Made by a program: the position numbers and the translations under genes. The notes beneath the pieces are model-generated. The model was not told the DNA's origin and searched no databases. It saw nothing but the letters and a program-made list of their open reading frames with translations. A DNA stretch of 64,000 nucleotides from Lingula anatina (Eukaryota; Animalia; Brachiopoda). This document shows positions 13,889 to 26,800 of the stretch, piece by piece (position 1 is the stretch's first letter; every line of letters begins with the position of its first letter). The stretch is taken from positions 1,302,001-1,366,000 of the forward strand of contig CM120640.1 in NCBI GenBank assembly GCA_051362555.1, given 5' to 3'.

Positions 13889-14303
13889 ATTTTCATCTTC
13901 TTTGGGATACATGTAATTAAGGACGTGTGTTTTAACTTGAGGCGTTTGAGAGGCGGAAAGTATTTTATTATTCTGGTCATTCACATCTCAATGTACCGTT
14001 ACATGTGAGTCATTTTTGAGTCAAAATTAGATTACGACCCGTGAGTAATGAGACTATGATTATAGTTATGAGAATAACAACCACACGTTCAGATGCGAAT
14101 AGTACTAGTTATATTAGAATTCAACATAACAAACTGGGTATTGATCAATGGGTTTTTGTTTTACGTGAAATCTTTTAAAAGTCAGTAGACAAGACTCAAC
14201 AAGTGACCATAGACCAATTAATTAATGAAGGTGGTTTCAGAAACCGGGTATTTTTAGAACAAACGAATTGTCACAATAACTGTGAAGGGCTTATATCTAC
14301 TTA

Positions 14304-14525
14304 TACCCCCTTTACACTGGACGGCGTCCTTTCTGCGTCCTTTCTGCGACCATGAAATTTGGCATCGCTGTGGTCTTAATAAGGAGGCACAAGCATCGAT
14401 TTTGTATCAGAATGAATGCTCAATGATCGGCAGGTTGTCTGCCGTAAAGTATTATAATTTTTTAACTCTCAAACGGGGCCGTACTGCTGGACGCAGAAAG
14501 GACGCCGTCCAGTGTAAAGGGGGCT
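14304..14525. mobile_element. Young PIF/Harbinger-like MITE
   Basis: Perfect 35-bp TIR CCCCCTTTACACTGGACGGCGTCCTTTCTGCGTCC (14306-14340 / 14489-14523). TTA target duplication at 14301-14303 and 14526-14528. Confidence 0.9.
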
Positions 14526-17500
14526 TTACGCATAAAACCTGACGATTTCTAATACCTTTGTAATATTACAGCAAATAACAGTGTGTTTAAGAATATCTTT
14601 CAAATCTCAATGCAGCGACGGATGCTTACTAGTAGTAGTTACTTACACCGACGTCAAATTACTGACAAGTGTTCATGAGCGTAACTAGCAAGATCCAAGC
14701 TAATGCTAATGTCCGTGTAGAAAATACCTTCGATAGCTGGAATGACAAGGACTTGAGTCTTGTCACTGGTTAGATCATCATCACCAAATTGCATCCGCTA
14801 TCAATGTTTGCCTTTCTGGTCCTCTGCTGATGTATCCTCAGTTAACACAGACTAAAATTTTGGTATAAAAGTTTGGACTAATTTTCTATCGAAATTTCCT
14901 TCGTGAAACAGTCCCCTGTATACAGTGTGACAGGAATGGTACTCCTAGGAATGGAAGTCTAATATGATTAGTACTAAGGTTATGATTAGTCCGGTTATTG
15001 GGGTTAGTATATGGGACGAGTAATGGGGAACGGACATCAGCTTCTTGCGGACTACCTTTCCTGTCACAGCGACACTGCATCCTGAGAGTTTGCTGTATCA
15101 GCATTCACTTAAACCGTGTTTTAAATAACGATAGATAAAGGCAAGTTAGAACACAAGGCCTACAGCAAAACTGAAGGTATTTTATGAACATAGGCGATGA
15201 CTTGTTAAAAAACATTGTTACATTAAAACCGTCCTTGTTGGGCTATAACCTTTGCGAACTACTAAAAAGACCCAATTCAACGAGAGCTAACTAAACTGGG
15301 ACTGACTTGAACGCGACTACTTGAGACCGGACAACCTGTGCCATGGTCAGTGGACTTGTGTCTGACCCTTCACATCCACCACATGACAGTCACATGACAG
15401 TCATATGACCAGGCGTGGGCCATCACGTTACAAGCGGTTCTGATTTTGACTTGATGACCAATACACATGAGGGAGAGGGTGTTAACTTGCACGCAGTTTG
15501 GGAACAAGGGATTATATTAGATTATACAGATTATCCAGTCATTTACTGTTAAAACTCTACTTTAATGTGTCAATCAGCTTTTTGCTTATCGATCCATTTA
15601 TCAAACATGTAGCCTTTCATGTCTCAAAATAAAATTAGGCATATGCATCATGATACGGAAAATATGTATCTAAAATAAAACAGAATTCTAAACCGTGACG
15701 ACGTTCATTATCTTTGGAAGTTACAAATCGATCGCGTGAATATGGAAGTTTTATAAATTGGGGGTTGAAGTCAGTTGAAAACAGCTAGGATCCTGCAGTT
15801 TGGTGAGTTCCATAATCACTTTATAAAATGTTCAAGTCGGGAATTTTGTTTTTGATGCGGAATTCAAAATGGACCCAAGCTTGAGATTTTGTCAGTATGG
15901 GTTATTAACAGTACACAAATGTATATGTGAAAAAGCTGTCAATGAAATAAGTGTCTTTTTTCACTCTGGACAATGGGGGTTTTAGCTTTAGACAAGAGTA
16001 GCCCTTTGTATGGTTTTTGTGGCACTTTGAAACGCTTGTGCACGTCACACTTACTGTCATTCACGTTTGACGTATGAAGGTGTAAGTTTTCCTGTAACTT
16101 TCAACAGCGCTCTTCTGTCCTCACCACAAGGAGCTTCACCTTCGTTTATCCCCATGTATTTATACCTGTTGTGGAATCATTCAACTTTTACGGAAACATG
16201 ACACTGTATTGCCAGTCACTGTGGTAGGGAGAGCAGTAAACGGAGAGCCTTAAACACAGTCTCCTTTGTGGATAAGTTTTTAGTCGATTTCACTCTAAAA
16301 TAGCGATACCAACCCAGCCAGTGATTCCATCAGATGGTATCAAGTTTTATTGACTTTGCTTTTCACCCGAATTAAAATCGAGTTGACAAGCTAGATTTAT
16401 TGCGATAACTCATTCATCTGTATTTATTTTGTGGGTCTAAATTAAAGAAAACCGGTTTTAAAAAAGCAATAGCTGTCAGAAATAGATTGTGCATTATCAA
16501 TGAGGGGCTGTGTTCAAGTACAAATGAACTGTCTCTCTGTAGTGGGACTACATTAACTTCTTACTATATCATTGTCATTCGTTAAATTGAAATAGTCTGA
16601 AACTGAAACCCGCCCCATTCTTTGTTGTTGATATGAATTGCGAGTGGAACGAATACATTTTACGTTATAAAACTTGTCTTGTCGACCTCGAGATAGAGTG
16701 ACAGAGATGCAATTAAAAAAACAGTGTGTCTATAGAGAGCCATTTTTGACAATTATATACTTCATATATAGTGTATACGTTTGTAGAAATCCCGAGGACA
16801 CTTGGCCTTCGCATACTGGAGTATACTATTAATTTATCATAGAGCAGACATAAGTTAGAGGGAGGAGTTTCAGACCTATTATATTTTTACCGTAACCGTT
16901 TTTTTTCTTCCTTATTTTTTCATACGAAGAGCACTCCCCAACTTAAAAATATTTCCTTACAGGCTTCTTGGAAAAGAAAAAAGGCTGCCAATGATCTTGA
17001 ATGTATTATCAGTTGCTGGGGCTTGTGCATTTGTGGATTTGAACTTTTTCATAGACCACTTCTCAAAACGTGTCTGATTCTCGTATTTTTCATTCTTATC
17101 TACAATATTCCATGGCAGTGCTTTGGTCAGGTTTTGTTTCCCGACATTTTATATTTGCATGTCTATCTCTGTTGCTGTGTATCTCTAGGGTTCAGTGGAA
17201 TTGCCAGTCAGCAAGCTTGTCGAGGGCTTTACGAACGTGTGGTGGCTTTTCAATAATTCAAAATTAGATTGAGATGGGAGAGGGGGGGGGGGTCTACCAT
17301 ACTGGCAAAAAAAATTGGAAATTGAACAAGACTTATCTGTAAGTTGAAATTTGATTTAGATTCTCAAAAGAGATAAGCCGTGAAAATAGCTAATGACTCA
17401 CTTGAACACACCTTTACTAATTTGAGCCAGAAAAAATCACTTTTGAAACCTCTGCATTTGATAAGAAATAAAACGTTAACGCTGGTTTACCTAATTTAAA

Positions 17501-20500
17501 AATAATAATGCGACCCCACCTTACATACAGTGGTCGCTTCTAAAAACTGATGAATTTGAATCCACGTTGTTTAATCCTTCTGATAAAGAATTTCGAGAGA
17601 AAAAAACCAGTTAATTGAGTGCGTCAGACCTTGTAATATCCGTTTCACTTTAAACAAATCTCCCTGAATAAAACATCTCCAGGTACAAGTATAGCAGTCG
17701 TGGGTGTAGACGGTGGACTGGAATGAAGACGCACTCTTAATGTAGGTGGATTTTTAAAGCTACATTATCATTGACTATGTATATGTCTTAGAAGTTTCAA
17801 TGTGTGGGGATAAAAATAAGTCTATTAATTTATTTATTGATGGTTTTCCATTGTGTTGGGTTCTTATAGAGGTGGAAAGGTCGCATGCTGCACCTCCCTT
17901 TCCTCTCAAAAATTCATTTTTAAACCTTTGATTTCATAACTGGCGTTCTGTTTCATTATATCTTTCGTTTGTTTACTCTTCTAATAATTTGAAACAAAAT
18001 CTCGAAAGATTATTGTAGATGTTTTCACTTCGTGATAAAACCAGCTATATGTGAGTAGCAAAACCCATCAAACCAATAATACCGAGCTTTGTTCAAACGT
18101 AGTAACACTTGTTATTTATATCACTTAGCAATTTCACAGTGACAAAAGGCTCTAGCATGGATTATTGGTGGTTAGTCGTCTAATACCAACCAACAAAAGT
18201 AAAGAAATAAAGGCTAAAACACCAAAACTTTACCTCAAAATCCCTAAAGCCCGTCTTTCCAATTTGATAATGGACCAGTAATATTTGCGATAAAAAGTCG
18301 AAAATAGCATTTAGACGAATTAACTTAAGGATTTATCATTCCATTTATTAAGTAAAGGCAGTGGGAACCAGGATTGCCCCCAAGTGAAACACTTTGTAGT
18401 GTGTAAACGGGCCTTTTAACGCAGGATCTTGGATTTTTAGGTGGGCCTGGTTACAATGAAAGAAGTGATAACCTTTTCAGCAATGTTCGTGTTATAGAGT
18501 TTAAATGTGGTGATTTCATTGTCACTGGTACTTGGTAGCATCAAGCAATAAATCAAGAAAGCAGTAGATCATAGACTTCTTTTTAGCAGTGTCTTAGGTG
18601 TCGACTATGGGGAACGGGTACCGGTGACTTTATTTGATGTAGCAGACCCCGTGCTGTGATGATGTGAAGGATGACGGGGGTGAGTAAGACATCACGATCT
18701 TTGCGTTGATATCATGTAACATACCAACGGAAAGCGATTGTATTTATGTAAATAAGACAGAAAAATAGCGAAAATATTCTAATGTATGTTATAAAGATTG
18801 ACACTTTTGTTTGCTTAATGGGAGCACTCACATGCACAGGCACACATGCAAACCCACATGCACGCACATGCACGCGCGCACACAGAAACCCCGGCTTAAT
18901 CTCACGGGCACATATAAGCATGCACAATCATTCACGCACGCACACGCTAAATCCTGGAAACCCTTTAGACGAAAAGTGTCAAAGGTTTAAGCGGCTGAAC
19001 CTGAAAGGTACATATTCATTACACCATCAGAACATTTAATTAAGCTATTAGCACCGGACTCCTACCACATATCATCAGCACTGACAGACAAAAAATGGTA
19101 CTTGAAAGTGATCTAACCTGACATAATGAAACGAGTGTGACGAGATCGGACCACTCTGCGGTTATGGAGCATTATATCTGACCTCAGAGCTGTGATTATT
19201 CACACCGCACTTAGCGAGAGAGACGTCAGGGCAAACATTTTCACTTCTTTTGATCATAACCATGAAAATAGGCAAGTAGTGAGAGGGCAGAGACGGAGAT
19301 ACGGGCCACAGTCACTGAACGCTACAGGCTGAGAAAATAGTAGTACAGGTAGTTAAAAAGAAATTAGGGATTAGGGACCGAAAAAAAGATTGAAAAACTG
19401 CATCATATCAGCGCCTGGGTGGTTTTTCTGGTGACAACTTTATGCGGGTCTCGCAAGCAGATCGATGATAGAAGCGATTATAAGATTTTAAATTAATTTT
19501 TTATGATGAAGTTGTAAACCCGTCTGTTCAGTAATGCGAGAGCACCTCTCTGACTGGCTTACTATTGTTCAATACTTTTTTCATTTTGGTTAGTATTTAT
19601 GAATCAGTAAAGTACGCTAGTTTTTGCTAAAAAATCTCATTATAACAGCTGAAAAGATCACACGCCGAGTCTCAGAACTGTGACACTGCCTTCCCCCCCC
19701 CCCTCCATCCCCTGGCGTACGCTTACCACAGCCATTTAACAACGATCACATTTGCTGAAACGTTAGGTGCTCAGACTGCGTTACTAAAAAAAAAAATATG
19801 TGGATTTTTAATCTTGAGTAAACTTTGGTGTCACTGCACAATGGCAAAGGGCCCCATACCAAACTTGGGAGATATTGTTTTCACTGTTGATATCGACCGG
19901 TAGAGGAATGTCAAGTAGAGATTAACTGGGTTTAAGTAACTATTGATGAGATGCGTAAATAGTCGGCGTTGTTGACGTAGCAGTGCGTTCTCTGGAAAGG
20001 TCTACGATGTTTACAAACATAGCGCCAGGCTTGGCTTACTTTATACCCGAATACGACTATTTTGGGTAACGTATAGGGATAAATTGCGGCATCATTTTTA
20101 CTGAACAAAGAAGTATTTGGCTTTGTTTGTTTTTAAACCATTTAAATATCCCAGCAACTGGCTTGGAAGGTAGAGGGAGCTCGAGTGAACCGTTTTTTCA
20201 AGGTTCTTCAAGGTGTACCAACAGAGCACCAACCTGGTTTATTTTCGTTCCCGAGTAACGTTATTTTTTGGCCAGCGCATTGGAATAAGGTGGTCTCTCT
20301 TTAACTTAACTAATGTAGTATTCAACTTGCTGAAAACTTTCTTTAAAAATCAAACATCGAAAGGTGTTCACTTCACATTTACGTCACAACCTCTCACGAG
20401 GAGAGGAAACACTTCAACACCTTTTTGGATGTATGAAATTACCTATTCCCCCTCCTTTGTTTGATATTATAATAGATCATCTGTTTTCGTAAGGTTATGA

Positions 20501-21004
20501 TCAATTCTGTATGCTAGAGCTCAAGTAACGCATTTCGCACTTTATACCGACCAGCAGTGCTTGACGGCCTACAAACAATCCGGGTCCTGTACGGGGCTCA
20601 ACATATAGCCAAATTTCTATAATAAGTTGAGATGCGGGGATCAATTACCCAATTTATATCGGTCCGGAACTGATGAAGGTTGCGGAACAATTTTTAATTG
20701 AGTAAGGTTGCCGCAGCCCATTTAGCCTGACGTCTGTTCGGCAACCCGATACTGGGACCTTTCAAAGTATTACTTTTTATAACTCGAGAGATTAGATAGC
20801 TACCTCCGATTCACAGGTTCCCTGCCGCTCTCAATCAGCTATTGTTAAAGTCCAAGGGGCTTGGATTGCAAAAATGAGATGAAATGAAAGATAATTGGAC
20901 TCTCTCACGAGCTGAGCTTCGTTTGAAAAACCAGATGAGGAGAGTTTGGTGCACATAACTATTTCTGCCTCTGCAACGCATCGGATCTCCTCTCTCTTCG
21001 CCTG

Positions 21005-22033
21005 CCAGTTTGTCCGAGCGTCTTAGCTAAGTGGCTGTCTGGTGAAATAACAGTCGGATTTGTTCAATGAAAAGTGGTTTGAGAGGAACGTGATATTAGA
21101 CGTGATTATTTCGAGAAATAATTTGAAAACTGCAAATCATTCTGGCTAACGTTTAACGAAGATTTACATGCGTTTACACGATCTAGGATCCGAGTTCTTG
21201 AGGCGTGTTAAGTAGTGCGGACTTAATCTGGCAGGTCTCCGGTAAGATTGTCGGAAGTTCATTAATCAGGATTGTTGTGTAGAGCTCTATCTTTTTATTC
21301 GAGGTTGATTTCTCTCTTCAGAATCCTGAATAAGCCAGTTGTCACCCCCCTTGTGAGTGAGTCATCTTAGAGACCTGAAAATACTATATATAGATTGACT
21401 CGCTAACTTTGCTGGACTGAACTTTGACGTCTCAAAAACTAAGCATACATCAGCCGATCAAGCCACTACGTACGCACAAAGAGCCGGGTTAGTGCACTGT
21501 AAAAAGTCCGGAGTACCCAAGTTGAGTAGAGCGGACGCCGGCATACATAAATTGGGACTTAACTAGTTAACGAGACATTAGGAAGGTGATCCGTGCACGT
21601 CCTTTAGGATACAAATATATTTTAAGCAATCACAGGTGCGACACGTAGCCACCGGGCAGCAGATCGCGGTGTCCAGTCAAAAGGTTAATACAAGAACCTG
21701 TTGTTTACTTCGTAAGAACAAAAGAACTACTTAAAGGGACTCTTGACTAGTCCAGAAATTAGGATAGATAACTGTGAGAAAGCCCATCGGGAAAAGGGAC
21801 GTGTTCAGAAGTACATTGTATAAATTGTTGAAGTCACTCGTCATCCAGTATAACTTACTCGTTACGTTTCCACCCTTTATTGTACTGACGACGAGATATT
21901 ACTGAAGACAGTGACAAATTGGCTCGTCTGACAGGTGCTCCAGACGAGTGCAATCGGGATTGAAGAGAAGACGAAATCCGCCTCCTACCTCTTAAATTAC
22001 GGTTCAAACGCACGGAGACTTGCTTCAGCAGAG
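21005..22033 (+). other. Putative long non-coding leader (5'UTR) exon(s); start approximate
   Basis: No plus-strand ATG from 21171 to 22070 although CAT occurs repeatedly. CpG-rich. Ends at donor GAG|GTACGT (22033/22034). Possible 80-nt internal intron 21242-21321 (CCG|GTAAGA ... TCTCTCTTCAG|). Confidence 0.6.
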
Positions 22034-23166
22034 GTACGTACTCGTTGACACTGTGACTGTCTGGGAGATAATGGTTTATTAAGCGTTAAGTGGTGAGCTG
22101 TATGTGTGTGTGGTGTAATATTAAGATTCTTATGTTCATTTTATGTGCTGCTCAACACATTCAAACTTTTCATAAAGCACGCATCTTTACTTTTTACTTA
22201 CTCTGTCGACATCTTTTTTGTCTACCTTTTATTACGGTGCGCTAAAGGGCAATCCCCTGTTAATTAAGTCACGTAATTCAATTTCTCGGTATTGTAATGT
22301 ACGTGTTCCTTTTCATGTAATTCTGCATTCTTATCGTTAAAGTTTAGTCACCGGGTTGATAGGGCAACTCCTAATCTTTATTAATGATAACTGACCATAA
22401 ATCGATACATTACAGCTTTAACTAAAATTTTACCATTGATAACCTGTTTAAAATGTTCAGTCTACACATCACGCGCTCAAGGCCTTACTTCCTTCAATGC
22501 CACCGAATTAACAATGATTAACTGATAATGCGTCGGGATAATCCCTAAGATAAAGCCTATCAGTGGCGGCATCTCTGGCGCAATTGTTGTCTCAACTGTC
22601 GCATTCACAAGAGCTCCACCACGACCAGATGTGCCTCCTCCTTTCAGCTTTCTGGATGTGTTAAGCTAGAGAAAGATAGAGAAATTATCACTAATCCTTT
22701 GCGGGAGTCGTTTATCTTTGAGCAGTAGCAATTTACCTGAACTGACTCCAGTGAAACCTAAGTCTAAGATAGCGAGGCAGGGCGTTAAAAGAGCGAATTT
22801 TTTTGGCATTCCCCTCGTACAAGTAGGCTTAAACACATTTCCTTGACCCTTGCTCGCTGATCTTCAGATAGCAGGAATACCGCAAAGGCTCACATAGCCG
22901 CCTCTGCCGCCCGCACCCGTTGCCCCAGAGAGCGTTATGAGACAAGAAAGGCATTTGTAGTGGGAACAATTCATAGCATGATTATCAATAACTGCTGTCA
23001 AATCAGTAAAAGCACCATAGTGTCGACTTTGACGTGGTAGGTCCCCATCGTGTTCTGATTACCACCCCGTCGCGTTTCATTCAGCGTTTCTTGTAATCTA
23101 CTTCCATCGTATTAACACTCCGCGGCGAGACGCGCGCCAACTGTTTGAGTAGAGTCAAAGTTCTCA

Positions 23167-23365
23167 TTAGATCCCGATAGACCGATTCTGATTCGATCCT
23201 TATGACGCAAGCATTCCCGATTGTATTCTAATATTGTGGCTTACCCAGTTTCTTCTCGTTTTATGCTAAAGCAGAAGTTAAAAGTTTACGAAATATTATG
23301 CGAGAAAGTGATGGGTCAGATGTCGGACTGCTGACGCTAAGGAGATCGAATCAGATTCGATCTAA
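23167..23365. mobile_element. Degenerate inverted-repeat (MITE) relic
   Basis: TCTGATTCGATCCTTATGACGCAAGCATTCCCGA (~23187-23220) resembles the reverse complement of ~23322-23354 (TCTGATTCGATCTCCTTAGCGTCAGCAGTCCGA). Confidence 0.55.
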
Positions 23366-23740
23366 GGCACCGTGGTGTGAACGCTGCTAAAAGTGACTGT
23401 ACTAGAAACCACAATTGCTAAAACATTCTGAAAATTCTTGTTTATGGATAAAAACCACAAGAAAGAAGATGCCCCGCTGCGCCGTTACGTTACAAAGGAT
23501 ATTATTACAGTGTGAATATCTGTGATGATTTCTATTACGCGGCCTGCTGTCCATGGTGCCATTCTACCCTTGTAGGTAAATTGGCAAGATTAGTTTTTTG
23601 TAGCTTTTTTTTCACCCTTGCTTTCGAAGTAAGGCACGTGGGTAGTTTCCTTCACGTGAACTAGGTTGATTACGGGTCACGGGATGAGGTTTTCACTATT
23701 TTACCATACCTAGCTTTACATCCTAATGATAATAATGATA

Positions 23741-23744
<4 letters not shown>

Positions 23745-23771
<27 letters not shown>

Positions 23772-23790
23772 AATTTATTCTTGCGACTTT

Positions 23791-23847
<57 letters not shown>
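23745..23847. repeat. Compound microsatellite (TAA)n..(GT)n(GA)n
   Basis: Direct reading. Confidence 0.9.
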
Positions 23848-23856
<9 letters not shown>

Positions 23857-26800
23857 GATTATAACGGTTCAAGTGTATTTGTGTTGAAAACATCGCAACG
23901 TTTGTTTTTTCTCTTGCGTCAGATTTGAAATCCGATAACATATTATGATAAACGAGCCATGTTCTGTTCTGTGATCAATTCACAACTTATTCTGCTAAAT
24001 TTGCAACATTACGGTCGTCTGCAGCATAAGAATGGAGATGGAGCCTGTTTGCTCTTTCAGTGCCTTTACTAACCCATTAGCTGAAACGCGCATAACAACG
24101 CTGTTAAACAACGTGCAAAATAACGTTAACATTACGTGCCACGAAGCCACCTAAAGGCAATAATTAGATCATTGAAACGCTATCTTAATAGGTCTGTGTC
24201 TTGGTAAAGGAACAACCAGGCGTTATAATGCATAGAAATGAACAGGATGACGCAAGGAAAATATCTGGTTGCAAAGTATTACCTTTTTTTAATTATTTTA
24301 AGATTATATCCTTGTTTTAAAGGAGTGACTTGAAGTCTTTCACCTGTTTAACCAGCGTCACGTGACATAGGTAACACCGCTCCTTAGCTTGGGTGAGGGC
24401 GCCGATATCAAGTTCAGCCCCATCAGCCCATTATCTTACTAAGAACAATCCAATCGAAAGATATCTACATAAATTAGAATTGTATATTTAGTCAGAGCCG
24501 TGAGAAGTTGGATCAACAATTCAGCGTTTTTTTTCCAGGTCAATGGGCGAAAAACAACAAAGTGGGGATATGCAATCAATTTAATGACTTTTCCGTTTGC
24601 TGGAACAATTAGAATAGTCTTTATATATCTACAAAATTTGAATTGCATTAGTAGGCAGAATTATAAGCAATTGAGTCAACATCGATAAAACATAACAGTG
24701 GGAGTTAAGAGGAAAAACGCGTTCTTACGGGGATTTGACTGAACTCACGCGGATGTATTGCCGTCTAAATAAGTATTCCGTTCCGTTTGTTAAAAGGTGA
24801 ATAACACGTGCTGAGAGCGATATCAAAAACTAATTAGATTAGAATAATTAGACCAGATTTTGGACGCGAATCAACCCAAAGCAGGTATTTTCTTTAGGTT
24901 AGCTATAAGCGGTATCCTATCCTCGATTTTCCCACCAAATTAAACTTTCCTTGAAAAAAAGAAGTAATTTTCTTCAACTCACAAGTCTTTTCTCGACTTC
25001 GATGTTTTACACCATCTTTAATTAGATAATTCAACTCTAAATGTTTCCCAAAAAGTTTAAAGCGACATGCCTTCTCTCCAGTCTTAAGATCTGAATTGAG
25101 ATAGAAAATGAGGTTTGCACGATATGAAGACATAGAAACTGACTTTAGGACGTTTTCAAAAGTGGATAGTCTACCTATAAGTGACCTCAGAGCGATAGTA
25201 TGTAATAGAAGTCGCCCGTCCTAGCACTGGCGGATTGGAGAAAATCCGGTCGTGTCACCAACTCTTATTACACCGTACCTTGCCTTGATCTGATATTATG
25301 AGATAGAGATTTCGACACAAGGTTACCAAGCGGAAAACAGGCAACGAATGTCACTTAAAAACATGGTAGTGACAATTAGATAACCATTAATAGGGCATAA
25401 TTCCCCACCATCAGTGCCCTCTCTGCCTCCTGCCAACCTGCATGTAATGAGAGTAGGAAGTCGAGGTGCCCATTAACAAAAGGGATGTCGTTAAGCATCA
25501 TGAAAAAGCTGTAATCTTGTCGCCTACCCATACAATTAAAGAGATGCTGAATTTTGTGTGCAAAGCTTTTTTACGACGCTCCCCGCGGTGAAATCTGACT
25601 AAGTCGTCGAAGTTGAAGATAGAAGCTATTTCGAGTCAGCGTCTTTCATGTGTAGCAGTAATGCGGAGGTTATGCACGCGTGTTTGTAAAAATTTTGTAA
25701 CAAGTCGACTATTTTAAAGGTAAGTTTAAAAGCTAGTGCTTTTTATCGTCGCTTTTAGTTCTCCGGCAACGTTTTTTACACCAGACTTTCATTTCATGCC
25801 AAACAGAGATACATTTCGGCAGACTGCAACGGCATCCGTCACAAAAATAGAGGCTTAATTTTGTAAATATGAACAGGAAGTATGTAAAAAATATTATTCG
25901 TACTTCTGTACTTTTTATTGGTTTTCTGATCATGCTAAATGAAAAAAATCTCATAGACGTCATTCTCATGGCTGTTCCGCTGCGAAATCTTATCAATGGT
26001 TGTATGTTGCAACGCTAGCGACCTTAGAACAATCAAGGAACATTCTCTTGGGCTGCTGGTATTCTGAAGATGTTGCGGTTTCCCGCTATCTTCTATGATA
26101 CCAAGATATAGCGGAGTCCCGGGGTAGGCAGGAGGACATGCAGACTTTAAAGAGTGCTCTGTGGGCCTTCTTTTGAAAAAGAGATACAGTTGTTAGTACC
26201 AGAGTACCTGGAACTTTAGGTTATCAACCTTCACAAGGCATCCCCCTGTTATTTCCGATTAACAAAAACCAACAACGTTATTGGCGCCGGGGCTTGCATT
26301 ATTCATCAAATACTAGAGGCGGGAGGTAGGTTGGTCATTTTATGGGGGCTTGCTACATCAGGGACCCGGGCTTTTAAGGTGAGTTAAGAATCCCTCTCTT
26401 CTGTACTTTTCCCCCTTCTTGACTCTACACAGTAGAGAAATGTCTGTTAGGGCAATGTTTAGCATGCTCGGCGTGGTTGGACTTGGGCTGACATATATAC
26501 ATCCTCCTAAAAGTATTAAGTTAACCTTCCCACACAGGTAGGTGTGTATATACATAACAGTTCAGATGTCCAGTGCCCGGTCCTGACCCGCCAGAGCACG
26601 GACACCACGGACCTGCCAGATCTACACTCTTCAGAGTTACTCTGGAAAATGGTAAAAATTGTTCGACAGAAATGCCAGTATCGGTCTTCTTAGTTAATGG
26701 CAATATGAGCTCTATTTAGGACTCTACATTCTAAATATAAAACCGCAACTACTAGGGTTTCTCTTTATATCCCGTATTACTATTATTCTGCATTTATATA

